Below are positions 26,321 through 35,530 of a DNA stretch of 64,000 nt, piece after piece. A program made the translations under genes and the position numbers. Each line of letters opens with the position of its first letter. Position 1 is the first letter of the stretch. The notes beneath the pieces are model-generated. The model ran no database searches and was not told the origin of the DNA. It saw only the letters and a list, made by a program, of their open reading frames with translations. Source of the DNA: Lachnospiraceae bacterium (GTDB taxonomy: Bacteria > Bacillota > Clostridia > Lachnospirales > Lachnospiraceae); contig JAFWDI010000017.1 of assembly GCA_017513125.1 (NCBI GenBank), positions 101,012-165,011 on the forward strand. The letters are read 5' to 3'.

Positions 26321-27638
26321 GATTCGGATTCCGGACAACGTCAGAAAGATCATCGCGGCCTTCGAGGGCGCGGGCTATGAAGCCTGCGCCGTCGGAGGCT
26401 GTGTTCGTGATGCCCTGCTGGGGCGCGAGCCGCAGGACTGGGACATCGCGACGTCCGCCCGCCCCGAGGAGACGAAGGCGTTGTTCCGGCGCACCGTGGA
26501 TACAGGCATTAAACACGGGACCGTGACCGTCCTTCTGGGCAGCGACGCCTATGAGGTGACGACCTACCGGGTCGACGGCGCGTACGAGGACGGCCGCCAC
26601 CCGAAGTCCGTCACGTTCACGCCGAGCCTGCGTGAGGATCTGGCCCGGCGCGATTTCACGATCAATGCCATGGCCTACAGCGATTCGCTCGGACTCGTGG
26701 ATCTGTTCGGCGGCATGGACGACCTGCGCGCGGGCGTGATCCGATGTGTCGGCGTTCCCGAGGAGCGCTTCGGGGAGGATGCGCTGCGGATCCTGAGGGC
26801 ATTGCGCTTCTCGGCCCAGCTCGGGTTTACGATCGATCCCGCGACCGAGGCCGCCGTGGTCCGCCTGGCTCCCACGCTCGAAAAGATCTCGGCGGAGCGC
26901 ATCCGCGAGGAGATGACGAAGCTGCTGGTCTCGGACGATCCGGGAAAGGTCCGGAAGCTGTACGAGACCGGGATCACGCGCGTGATCCTGCCGGAGTTCG
27001 ACGTTCTGATGGAAACGGAGCAGGACGGAAGATATCATCTGTTCAATGTCGGCGAGCACACGATCCGCGTGATCGAACACGTGTCCGCGGATCCGGTGAT
27101 GCGGTGGACGGCATTGCTCCATGACATCGGGAAGCCGCGCAGCCGGCAGATCGACGAGGTGAAGGGGCGGATCCATTTTAAGGGCCACGGCCCTGCCGGC
27201 GCGAAGCTGGCGGAAGAGATCCTGCGCCGCCTGAAGTTTGACAATGCCACGATCGAGACCGCAGTGAAACTTATCCGCTGGCATGTCATGCGGTTCGAGC
27301 GCGGAGAGTACGACATTCGCTGGTGCCTGAACGAGATCGGGCCCGAGCGGTTTCCGCTGCTGATGGAGCTTCAGAGGGCTGACGCTTACGGAAAGAAACC
27401 GGAGACGCTCTCGGATAGCCTGGCCCGCTGCGACCGCGTGGAGAGGATGTGCGATGAGATCCTCGCGCGCGGGGACTGCTTCCGCATGAGCGATCTGGCG
27501 GTGAAGGGCGCAGACCTGATCGAGGCCGGCATGGCCCCCGGGCCGGAGATGGGCGAGATCCTGGGGCGGATGCTCGAGGACGTGCTGAACGAGCCGTCAC
27601 ATAACGACAAAGAGTATTTGATGCGGATTTATACCTGA
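26259..27638 (+). CDS. cca: CCA-adding tRNA nucleotidyltransferase with HD domain
   Basis: [14 protein letters not shown] head domain and HD motif (LLHDIGK). The start is uncertain: ATG 26259 overlaps proS by 62 nt, whereas homolog-like N-termini (MKI.IP) would begin at ATT 26316. Confidence 0.85.
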   Translation: MCASAADALRRNWSTGVRHIKIRIPDNVRKIIAAFEGAGYEACAVGGCVRDALLGREPQDWDIATSARPEETKALFRRTVDTGIKHGTVTVLLGSDAYEVTTYRVDGAYEDGRHPKSVTFTPSLREDLARRDFTINAMAYSDSLGLVDLFGGMDDLRAGVIRCVGVPEERFGEDALRILRALRFSAQLGFTIDPATEAAVVRLAPTLEKISAERIREEMTKLLVSDDPGKVRKLYETGITRVILPEFDVLMETEQDGRYHLFNVGEHTIRVIEHVSADPVMRWTALLHDIGKPRSRQIDEVKGRIHFKGHGPAGAKLAEEILRRLKFDNATIETAVKLIRWHVMRFERGEYDIRWCLNEIGPERFPLLMELQRADAYGKKPETLSDSLARCDRVERMCDEILARGDCFRMSDLAVKGADLIEAGMAPGPEMGEILGRMLEDVLNEPSHNDKEYLMRIYT

Positions 27639-27650
27639 GAGGAGTGCAGC

Positions 27651-28166
27651 ATGGCGAAAAATCTAATCATCTATTATTCGAGAACCGGCGAAAACTACGT
27701 GAACGGGAGCGTGAAAACGCTCGCGAAGGGGAACACCGAGACTGTCGCGGAATTCATTCAGAAAGCGGTCGGCGGCGACCTGTTCCGCGTCGAGACCGTG
27801 AAGGAATATGCGGCGGACTATTACGCCTGCATCGATGAGGCGAAAGACGAGCTGCGGCAGCAGGCGCGGCCGGAGCTCAAGGCGGAGCTGGGCAGCATTG
27901 ACGAATATGAGAATATCTTCGTCTGCGGTCCCTGCTGGTGGGGGACGTTCCCAATGGCCGTGTTCACGCAGCTGGAGAAGCTGGACTGGGCAGGGAAGAA
28001 GGTCATGGCGGTCATGACGCACGAGGGCTCCGGGCTGGGTTCCTGCGAGCGTGACCTGAAGCGAATCTGCGAGGGCGCATCGTTCGGAAAGGGACTCGCG
28101 GTCCACGGCGCGGATGCGGCGAAGTCGGAGAAGACTGTGGCGGATTGGGCGCGGGCGCAGGTGTAA
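27651..28166 (+). CDS. flavodoxin-family protein
   Basis: NLIIYYSRTGEN N-terminus, 171 aa. RBS GAGAGGAG. Confidence 0.75.
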   Translation: MAKNLIIYYSRTGENYVNGSVKTLAKGNTETVAEFIQKAVGGDLFRVETVKEYAADYYACIDEAKDELRQQARPELKAELGSIDEYENIFVCGPCWWGTFPMAVFTQLEKLDWAGKKVMAVMTHEGSGLGSCERDLKRICEGASFGKGLAVHGADAAKSEKTVADWARAQV

Positions 28167-28243
28167 AGCTCCGAATGATCATTATATGAAGACAGATCCT
28201 CTTTCCGGCGGCTATAATGGCAGTGTCGGAAGGAGGATCTGTT

Positions 28244-29857
28244 ATGTCTGAACAGAACAGTGACTTTATCGAACTGAAATGCCCGTCCTGCGGCGGCGTA
28301 CTGCAGATCATGGCGGACGCGGCGGAGTTCACCTGCATGTACTGCGGGGCGAAGTACATGAAGCGCGAACAGGCGCAGACTCCGCAGGGGCCGCTCGGGA
28401 TCGTCGATCAGACCACGGGGCGGACGCTGCTGCATTCCTGCGTGCCCGGGAACTGGAAGCTGAACACCGCGAAACTCGACACTGCATTTACCAGCGAGGG
28501 CTGGCCTTTCACGATCGCGGCGGAAGTCACGGACGGAAAGGGCGTATTCATCCGTTACCGCTCGAACGAGGCGCATACCCAGAAGAACGGAGCCGCGCAG
28601 GCAGCGGAGAGAACATACGGTGCGGCGTTTGCGAGCAATGTAAATGACCGCGATTTTCCGATGCCCGGCCCCTGGGCGGACCGCGAGGCGGCCGCGCAGC
28701 TCGGTGAGTTTGCGAAAACGCTGCGCTTCGTCGGCGAGTATCCGCTTCCGCTTCGCCCGGAGAAGAATATCCCGGTGGAGCAGCGCGAGCAGCGGCTTCG
28801 CGCGGAGGCGGAGGCAGAGAACCGGAGAGCGGCCGCGGGGACCGTGGCCGTGCCGCAGGTCACCGGTGTGTTCAGCCAGCCGATCGCCCGGGTCTATGAG
28901 TTTGAGATAAACGGACATAAGCTCCGCATGGGGATCCACACGGTCCTGAACGGTTCAAAGACGGTCCTGAACGCTCCGGGAGCGGGCATGCTCGGAATGG
29001 GCGCCGGCCTGCTGGGAGGGCTGATCGGCGGACTTTTCAATGGGCAGCAGCAGACGCAGCAGCCCCTCGGGACGGGCGCGCCGGGCGGACAGGCCGGGCA
29101 GGGACAGCCGATGCGCTTCGACCCGATGACCGGGAAGCCTCTGAACCGGGGGGCGCAGGAACGGCCGATGCGCTTCGATCCGATGACCGGAAAACCCCTC
29201 AGCGAAGAGGCGCAGGCTCAGGCTGCGGCTGAGGCGAAAGCCCGGCAGGAAGCCGCTCAGAGGGCAGCCGCACAGCAGGCTGCGGCACAGAAAGACGCCC
29301 GAGCCCGCGAGTTCGCTCAGTTGGGCGGCATGGGAATGCAGTACCTGAACTGGAATACGGAGCCGGTCTTCACATTGATTGCGCCGGCGGAACGCTTTGA
29401 CGAGGTGTATCGCGGCGTGTTCACCGATATCTGCAGCCAAACGACGATCGATCCTTACTGGCTGCAGTACCGCGAGCAGACGAATATGGCCGAGGCGCAG
29501 CGGACCCAGGCATTGGCCGGGCAGCAGATCCAGCAGATGAACGCGAACTTCCAGGCCATGCAGCGGGCAAACGCGCAGCGGCAGGCGGCATTCGACGCGC
29601 AGAACCGCGCGTGGCAGGAGCGGAGCAATGCCCAGTTCGAAGCCAACCGCGCCCGCAGCCAGGCAGCGTTCGACCGCAGCACCCCGGATTACTCCGAGGC
29701 GATCCGCGGCGTGAACACCTATGTGGACCAGTACGGGCATGAACATGAGGTCACCGTGCAGGCGGACCGCGCATGGACCAATGCCTCCGGCGATGTCATC
29801 GGCGGTTCGAACAGCTTTGAGCCGGGCGGGGACTGGACAGAGATGACGAGGAAGTAA
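28244..29857 (+). CDS. hypothetical zinc-ribbon protein with Gly-rich hydrophobic segment and Q/A-rich coiled tail
   Basis: GGAAGGAGG RBS. CPSCGG...CMYCGA zinc ribbon. Tandem PMRFDPMTGKPL repeats. No family recognised. Confidence 0.7.
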   Translation: MSEQNSDFIELKCPSCGGVLQIMADAAEFTCMYCGAKYMKREQAQTPQGPLGIVDQTTGRTLLHSCVPGNWKLNTAKLDTAFTSEGWPFTIAAEVTDGKGVFIRYRSNEAHTQKNGAAQAAERTYGAAFASNVNDRDFPMPGPWADREAAAQLGEFAKTLRFVGEYPLPLRPEKNIPVEQREQRLRAEAEAENRRAAAGTVAVPQVTGVFSQPIARVYEFEINGHKLRMGIHTVLNGSKTVLNAPGAGMLGMGAGLLGGLIGGLFNGQQQTQQPLGTGAPGGQAGQGQPMRFDPMTGKPLNRGAQERPMRFDPMTGKPLSEEAQAQAAAEAKARQEAAQRAAAQQAAAQKDARAREFAQLGGMGMQYLNWNTEPVFTLIAPAERFDEVYRGVFTDICSQTTIDPYWLQYREQTNMAEAQRTQALAGQQIQQMNANFQAMQRANAQRQAAFDAQNRAWQERSNAQFEANRARSQAAFDRSTPDYSEAIRGVNTYVDQYGHEHEVTVQADRAWTNASGDVIGGSNSFEPGGDWTEMTRK

Positions 29858-29880
29858 GACCGACTGATTGTTTCATATCG

Positions 29881-29924
29881 AAAGGCCCGGAATCTCAGAG
29901 CTGAGGTTCCGGGCCTTTGGTTTT
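29881..29924. terminator. bidirectional terminator between convergent genes
   Basis: aaaggcccggaa.ctcag / ctgag.ttccgggccttt hairpin with flanking A and T runs. Confidence 0.75.
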
Positions 29925-29970
29925 ATCCTGGTTTGAAAATGTTAAGGGAGAATGCCTGCGGCCCCCCCGC

Positions 29971-31092
29971 TCAGCACATCTCAGCGAACGCCTGCACCGC
30001 CGAGCGGATCTGCTCGTAGTTCACCATCTGGCGGTCCACCTCGAGCGACAGCACCCGGATGCCGGCGGCGTCCGCCATCCGCTTCACGGGCACGAAGTCG
30101 TACTCCTCGGGATCGCAGAACTTCGTCATGACCCAGATGATGCCCTCGGCGCCTGCCTGCTTCGCGAGCTCGACGAGCTCCTTCCCGCGCTGCTTGCCGG
30201 GGTCGAAGAGGATGCTGCAGCCTTCGAGCTTCCCGTAGCGCTCGGCCATGCCGATGATCGGGTCTTCCGTGACCGGGGTCTGCGTCCGCGCGTCCACGCT
30301 CTCCGCGGCGATCTGGTCCGCGGCGATGCAGATCCGGTTCTCCTCGAAGATCTCCAGCAGCGCCGGCGAGTCCGCCAGGATGCCGGTCGTGACGACGCGG
30401 ATGTATCCGCGGTCCCCGGGCTCCGCCGCGAGGAGTTCCGCAAGCTCCGTCAGCAGCTTCGCGTGCTCGGCCCGGTCCATGAAGAAGCCGGCCTTGATGA
30501 CAGCGCTGCGCTTCGCTGCGGGGACGAGCTTCGGGTGCTTTCCGGCCGCGTCCGCGAACGCGATGATCGCCGCGCGGTCCGCGTTATAGACCTCGACCGC
30601 CGCCGCGATGTCCGCGTCCGTGATCTCACGCCCGGCGATCTCTGCGAGCTGCCCGCGGATCTTCCGCAGCTGCGACGCGGTGAACTCCGTGCCGGCGTCG
30701 ATCTTCCGGTTCTGCGCGTAGGCGACATTGATCACCGGAATGTCCTTCACGGACACCTCCCAGTTCGTGGCCATGCCCTTCAGACTGTCGCACGAGAACG
30801 GGATCATGATCGCGGAAAGCCCTGCGAGCTTCCCGGTGATGCCCAGCTCCAGCACCGAGTGCAGGATCGAGCAGATGAACGCGGGGTAGTAGCGCCGCGA
30901 CTGGTCGCAGACCATGTCCGCGCCCCACAGCCCGAACGGCTGCATGCCCGCGGCATAGACCAGTTCCTCGGGGCAGAAATACGGCATGACTCCGACGGCC
31001 TTCTTCCCGGCGGCCAGACATGCGTCCAGCTGCGCCCGCGGGTTCCGGCTGATCGTCTCCAGCTGCGTTAAGATATCATCGATCCTGCTCAT
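29971..31092 (-). CDS. 2-hydroxyacyl-CoA dehydratase, beta subunit (FldC/HadC/HgdB-like)
   Basis: 373 aa, HgdB-family-like sequence. The start overlaps the stop of the alpha subunit gene. Confidence 0.8.
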   Translation of the reverse strand: MSRIDDILTQLETISRNPRAQLDACLAAGKKAVGVMPYFCPEELVYAAGMQPFGLWGADMVCDQSRRYYPAFICSILHSVLELGITGKLAGLSAIMIPFSCDSLKGMATNWEVSVKDIPVINVAYAQNRKIDAGTEFTASQLRKIRGQLAEIAGREITDADIAAAVEVYNADRAAIIAFADAAGKHPKLVPAAKRSAVIKAGFFMDRAEHAKLLTELAELLAAEPGDRGYIRVVTTGILADSPALLEIFEENRICIAADQIAAESVDARTQTPVTEDPIIGMAERYGKLEGCSILFDPGKQRGKELVELAKQAGAEGIIWVMTKFCDPEEYDFVPVKRMADAAGIRVLSLEVDRQMVNYEQIRSAVQAFAEMC

Positions 31093-32306
31093 GCCTGCGC
31101 CTCCTTCGCTCTCTTTCTCTCATCCATGATCTCGGCCAGCGCCTCGACCCGGGTCTCGTACTGCGCCTCCGAGAACACGCGCGGATCCGACTGGTCGCCG
31201 TCGAACATGACGGTCGGCACACCGGTCTCCTCGCGGAAGCGGCGCTCCAGTTCGTAGAGGTTTCCGCTCCAGTTCTTGCACGAGCGGTTCATGTGGAAGA
31301 CCGCGCCGTCGACCTTGTGGGCGATCGCGTCCTTCACGCGCATCTCGAGCTCTCGCTCGAAGCAGTTCGAGTTCGGCACGTAGGCGTAGGCGGCCATCAG
31401 CTCGTCCATGTTCTGATAGAGGAACGAGAACGCGGGGCCGTAGACCGACGCAGTGAGATTGATGCCGCGCGACTGCAGCGCCTTATACGTGAACCGCAGG
31501 TTCGCCCAGCAGGCGATGCCTTCGAACAGGATCCGGTGTTTCTCCTCGCCCTTGAACGTGGTCTCACCCTTCGCGGCGAGCTCCTCGTACTCGTCGGCGA
31601 GCGCTTCGAACGCCTCCGCAGCGGCGACCGTGCCGCGTCCGACGCAGGCGACCGCCATGTTATTGAAGATATCGAAGCCGGAGAACGGGCTCGGGGTCGC
31701 GCTCATGCTGGCGATCGCGCGCAGCCACGCCCGGCTCGAGCGCTGCGAGACGTCCATGACCTCGCGGAAATGATCCCAGTCCATCTTCTTCCCGGTGATC
31801 TCCTCGAGCTGCCGCACGCAGTCGTCGAACTGCGCACGGATGTAGCGGATGCGGTCCTCGTCGCAGGTGTACTTGTCCAGGTGCGGGATGTCGATCATCA
31901 GCAGCGGGATGTCCAGCTCGAGCGCCAGGTTCTCGTACCACTTCATCATGCAGTTGCAGATGTTGTTGCAGCACAGCAGGAAGTCCGGCATCGGGATCTC
32001 CTGCTCGGCGCACTCCTTCAGGTCCGCGTAGGCGAAGTTGATGCGCGAGTAGGAGCACAGGTCGTTCGAATAGCCCATGCCCTCCGCGTACTCGCACATG
32101 CGCTGTCCGCCGCCCTTCGCGCCGACGGCCGCGCCCATGTTCTCGGGATACGTCACCTGGATCCCCATCGCGGTCGTGATCTCCTGCGGGAAGTTCGACG
32201 CGCACCAGCCGATCTTCTCGCCGCGGTTCTTCGCGTCCCAGACGTCCTGCGCGATCTTGTCCTGCAGTTCGCGCAGGATCACTTTTGCGGATTTCTTTTC
32301 TTCCAT
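31089..32306 (-). CDS. 2-hydroxyacyl-CoA dehydratase, alpha subunit (FldB/HadB/HgdA-like)
   Basis: MEEKKSAKV start behind AGGAGG, about 405 aa. HgdA-like (GWCASNFPQEI..., conserved Cys residues). Confidence 0.8.
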   Translation of the reverse strand: MEEKKSAKVILRELQDKIAQDVWDAKNRGEKIGWCASNFPQEITTAMGIQVTYPENMGAAVGAKGGGQRMCEYAEGMGYSNDLCSYSRINFAYADLKECAEQEIPMPDFLLCCNNICNCMMKWYENLALELDIPLLMIDIPHLDKYTCDEDRIRYIRAQFDDCVRQLEEITGKKMDWDHFREVMDVSQRSSRAWLRAIASMSATPSPFSGFDIFNNMAVACVGRGTVAAAEAFEALADEYEELAAKGETTFKGEEKHRILFEGIACWANLRFTYKALQSRGINLTASVYGPAFSFLYQNMDELMAAYAYVPNSNCFERELEMRVKDAIAHKVDGAVFHMNRSCKNWSGNLYELERRFREETGVPTVMFDGDQSDPRVFSEAQYETRVEALAEIMDERKRAKEAQA

Positions 32307-32370
32307 GTAGGTTCCTCCTGTTTTATGGGCCATGCTCCGGCCCGCGCCGGTACGTGTCCCGGCCCGGCCG

Positions 32371-33171
32371 TCATTGCCCCGCCTTCCTGTATGCGTGCAA
32401 CGCCGCTCCGTAAGCTCCGCAGAGCTGGGAGTCCGGCGAGATCATCAGTTCGCAGCCGAGCTCCTGCCCGAGCGCGCGGATCATGCCGCGGTTTTGCGCC
32501 ACGCCTCCCGTGACCGCCGCCGGCAGCACGAGGTTCATGCGCCGCACCAGACTCGCGGTCCGCACCGCCGCGGACTCGTGGATGCCGCGGACGATCTCGG
32601 GGATCGGGGTCCCCTTCGCGAGCTGCGAGATGACCTCGCTCTCCGCGAAGACCGTGCAGGTCGAGCTGATGCCCGCGCTCTGTTCGGCTTTTCCGTCCAT
32701 GTCGCCCAGCTGCGTGACGTCGAGCTCCAGGATGCGTGCCATCACTTCGAGGAAACGGCCCGTTCCCGCGGCGCATTTGTCGTTCATCACGAAATTATCC
32801 AGCACGCCGGCCTCGGTCAGCCGCAGGACCTTCGCGTCCTGCCCGCCGATGTCGATGACCGTTCGGACGCCCGGGAAGAACGCCGCCGCGCCGATCGCGT
32901 GCGCGGAAAGCTCGCTGATGACCAGGTCCGCCTCGGCGAAGCTGTTCCGCCCGTATCCGGTCGCGGTTATCATCGCGATGTCCTCCCGCCGCAGCCCGGC
33001 CTTCGCGAGCACGCCCTCGAAGGCTCTCGCCGGCCCGCCGGTCCCGGCGCCCGCGCTCTCGACGGTCGAGGCGGCCATCTCCGCGCCGTTCTTCAGGATC
33101 ACGCACTTCGACGCCGCCGAACCGATGTCCGCGCCGAGCGTGTAAATGTCAGTTCCCATCGCATTTCCCAT
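32371..33171 (-). CDS. 2-hydroxyacyl-CoA dehydratase activator ATPase (FldI/HadI/HgdC-like, BcrAD/BadFG family)
   Basis: LGADIGSAASKCVIL, DIGGQDAKV and ND.CAAGTGRFLE (cluster-bridging Cys) motifs. Confidence 0.85.
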   Translation of the reverse strand: MGNAMGTDIYTLGADIGSAASKCVILKNGAEMAASTVESAGAGTGGPARAFEGVLAKAGLRREDIAMITATGYGRNSFAEADLVISELSAHAIGAAAFFPGVRTVIDIGGQDAKVLRLTEAGVLDNFVMNDKCAAGTGRFLEVMARILELDVTQLGDMDGKAEQSAGISSTCTVFAESEVISQLAKGTPIPEIVRGIHESAAVRTASLVRRMNLVLPAAVTGGVAQNRGMIRALGQELGCELMISPDSQLCGAYGAALHAYRKAGQ

Positions 33172-33172
33172 A

Positions 33173-34417
33173 TCAATATCCGTGTGCGCCCTTCAGGTCG
33201 TCCCAGGTGTTATAGACGCCGGCCTCGTGCATGGTCCGCATCTCCTCCTCACTGTAGCCGAGACCCCGGATGACCTCCTCGCTGTTCTCGCCGAGCAGCG
33301 GCCCCATGGGATAATCCGGCAGCTCCCCGCCGACGAAGACGGGCTGGCGCACCAGCTTCCGGACGGCCCCGGTCGGATAGTGCATCTCGTAGAAGACGTC
33401 CGCCGCGTTTGCCTGCGGATCGTCGAGCACTTCCTCCCAGCCCTGCAGCAGGCTGTGCGGGATGTCGTTTTCGGTCAGGATCGCGTCCCATTCCGCCGCG
33501 GTCTTCTGCGACAGGGCTTCCTGAACGATGTCGATGAACTCTCCGTGAAGCTTATTCTCGGTGATGTTATCCATCGTATACCGCGGGTTCCCGACCAGGT
33601 CCGCGCGGCCGATCAGCGGCATGAAGCGCGGGAAGAACATGTCGAACGGCGGCATCGACAGCTGCAGGAACCGCTCGTCCTTCGTCAGGTAGGTGCCGTT
33701 AAAAGGATTATCCAGCGTGCGGTGGGAGATCGGGTACTTCTGTCCCAGATCCGTGTACTGCGCGGCCTGGAGCGGGATGCCCTGCATAAAGATGGAGGAG
33801 TGCAGCAGGTTCGTGCTGACGCGCTCGCCGACGCCGGTCTTTTCCGCCTGGTAGAGCGCCGCCATGACGCCGGCCGCGAGGTTCATGCCCGCCACGTGGT
33901 CGCCGGTGCCGGGGACCAGGTTGATGGGCCACTCGCCTTTCTGGCGCAGCGACTCCATGAAGCCGCCCCGCGCCCAGAACGCGGTGAAGTCATAGCCCGG
34001 AAGGTCCTTGTCGGGGCCCTTGTCGCCGTAGCCGGTCAATGTTCCGTACACCAGCTTCGGGAACCGCTCGTGGAGCGTCTCGTAGCCGAAGCCGTTCTTC
34101 TCGAGCGCCTGCGGGCGCCAGTTCGTAAGGAAGACGTCCGCGTCCTCGAGCAGCTTGAAGAAGATCTCGCGTCCGCCCTCGGACTTCAGGTTCAGGACGA
34201 TGCCTTTTTTATTCGCGTTTTCGAGGTCGAACGTCGTGTTCTCGAAGGCGCTTCCGCTGCGTCCTTCGCTGACGCCGGCCCAGCGGACCGCGTCGCCGCC
34301 CTTCGCTTCGATCTTAATGACCTCGGCGCCCTGGTCCGCCAGGAACCGGGCGCATGCCGGGACCGCGATCATGGTGCTGAGCTCAATGACTTTTACGCCT
34401 TCCAATGCCTTGCTCAT
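33173..34417 (-). CDS. family III CoA-transferase (FldA/HadA/CaiB-BaiF type)
   Basis: LEGVKVIELSTMIAVPACARFLADQGAEVIKIE N-terminal signature, 414 aa. RBS AGGAGGAAA. Confidence 0.85.
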   Translation of the reverse strand: MSKALEGVKVIELSTMIAVPACARFLADQGAEVIKIEAKGGDAVRWAGVSEGRSGSAFENTTFDLENANKKGIVLNLKSEGGREIFFKLLEDADVFLTNWRPQALEKNGFGYETLHERFPKLVYGTLTGYGDKGPDKDLPGYDFTAFWARGGFMESLRQKGEWPINLVPGTGDHVAGMNLAAGVMAALYQAEKTGVGERVSTNLLHSSIFMQGIPLQAAQYTDLGQKYPISHRTLDNPFNGTYLTKDERFLQLSMPPFDMFFPRFMPLIGRADLVGNPRYTMDNITENKLHGEFIDIVQEALSQKTAAEWDAILTENDIPHSLLQGWEEVLDDPQANAADVFYEMHYPTGAVRKLVRQPVFVGGELPDYPMGPLLGENSEEVIRGLGYSEEEMRTMHEAGVYNTWDDLKGAHGY

Positions 34418-34536
34418 GGTTTCCTCCTGTGCCGTGTGATATACTCGATTCGGAATCGAAGCGGAAGCAGATGCCCGCTTTTTCCATTGTAGCGTTTCGG
34501 ACTGTTTTGGGCAATGCCGCAGGGAGGAGATTGATC

Positions 34537-34887
34537 ATGATCGTACAGGTTTCCGTGCTGACGAAGGTGCTGGATGAGAGCATCGCGTTCTATGAGAAGT
34601 ACATGGGTTTTCAGATCATTAAGGACGTGCGGCCGTTCGGTCCGCCGATCGTTTTCATGGCGGAGAGCGCGGACGATCCGGCGACCCTGGAGCTGATCGG
34701 CTCGGACAAGCCGTATCAGGGCGAAGGCGTCTATCTGGGGATCCACGACGACGATCCGGATAAAAAACGGGCGTTATTTATCGAGGAAGGCCTCGAGGTC
34801 TCCGAGATCGCGGAGCCGGAGCCGGGGGTGAGGCTGTTTTTCGTGAAGGATCCGAACGGGCTGCAGGTGAAGGTCACATCGGCGTGA
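34537..34887 (+). CDS. VOC/glyoxalase-family protein (116 aa)
   Basis: MIVQVSVLTKVLDESIAFYEKYMGF... start behind GGGAGGAG; ends in FFVKDPNGLQVKV. Confidence 0.7.
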   Translation: MIVQVSVLTKVLDESIAFYEKYMGFQIIKDVRPFGPPIVFMAESADDPATLELIGSDKPYQGEGVYLGIHDDDPDKKRALFIEEGLEVSEIAEPEPGVRLFFVKDPNGLQVKVTSA

Positions 34888-34900
34888 AGATGTCCGCGAG

Positions 34901-35135
34901 CGCTGCAGGCACAGACTGCAAAGGTGGTTCGGCGCTCCCTGAATGACATCGTCGTAAAAACACAGAAGCAAGGGGCACAGCTCATATTCAGCGCGAAATC
35001 TCCGATGGATTTCGCGCTTCAGATGAGCTGAAACGCTCGGTACGGTAACCGGCGTTTCTCCCCTTGCTTTTTATGTGTTTTTCCGACGGCCATTCATGGT
35101 CGCGTCTCAAACCTCCGCAGTCTGTGCCCGCAGCG
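34901..35135 (-). repeat. structured palindromic element, copy U1 (inverted relative to U2/U3)
   Basis: 24-position outer stem 34901-34924/35112-35135. P1 34956-34975/35060-35082 encloses hairpins 34978-35030 and 35031-35057. Conserved blocks at 35095-35104 and 34926-34941 (reverse complement). Confidence 0.7.
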
Positions 35136-35261
35136 GTACGGAGTGCCTCATACGCCGGCGCCGACGTCACCTTCAGAGGTTGAACTTAAGTGCTCTATGT
35201 GTACCGGTTTCGGAGACCTGAACCGCGGCCGTGCGCGGCGGACGGCGGTTATTTGGCAGCG

Positions 35262-35481
35262 CCCTGCAGCGGAGAAAGCCTTGAGCCGCGACCATGAAGA
35301 TCCTGGCGAACACGCAGAAAAGCAGACGGAGAAATGATGGTTTCGGAACCATCATTTCAGATTCGGGTGGCGGGAAATCCATCAGAGATTTCCCGTCACC
35401 TCGAATCGGTGCCGTCTGCTTTTCAATAGTGTGAGGCGATAATATTCAGGGAGCGGTGAACCGGTTTTCTCCGCTGAAGGG
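35262..35481 (+). repeat. structured palindromic element, copy U2
   Basis: Outer stem 35262-35277/35466-35481. Perfect 13-bp P1 35317-35329/35412-35424 encloses hairpins 35332-35357 and 35360-35407. Conserved blocks cgcgaccatg (35287-35296) and cagggagcggtgaaccg (35447-35463). Confidence 0.7.
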
Positions 35482-35484
35482 TGC

Positions 35485-35530
35485 TGTCGTAAACACATCC
35501 GCCCGCGCAGGGAGCGGTGAACCGCCTCTG
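35485..35530 (+). repeat. partial copy of the structured element
   Basis: gtcgtaaacaca (similar to the U1 P1 arm) followed by an exact second copy of cagggagcggtgaaccg (35508-35524). Confidence 0.45.

Noticed and set aside
35262-35481. 6S RNA (ssrS) interpretation of the structured unit upstream of rarA
   Set aside because: The rod-plus-large-internal-loop shape and the proximity to rarA (6S-1 lies near rarA in B. subtilis) are suggestive. However, three homologous copies in 64 kb, the branched apex and my inability to match 6S consensus features by eye do not support the call. It remains something to test with Rfam.
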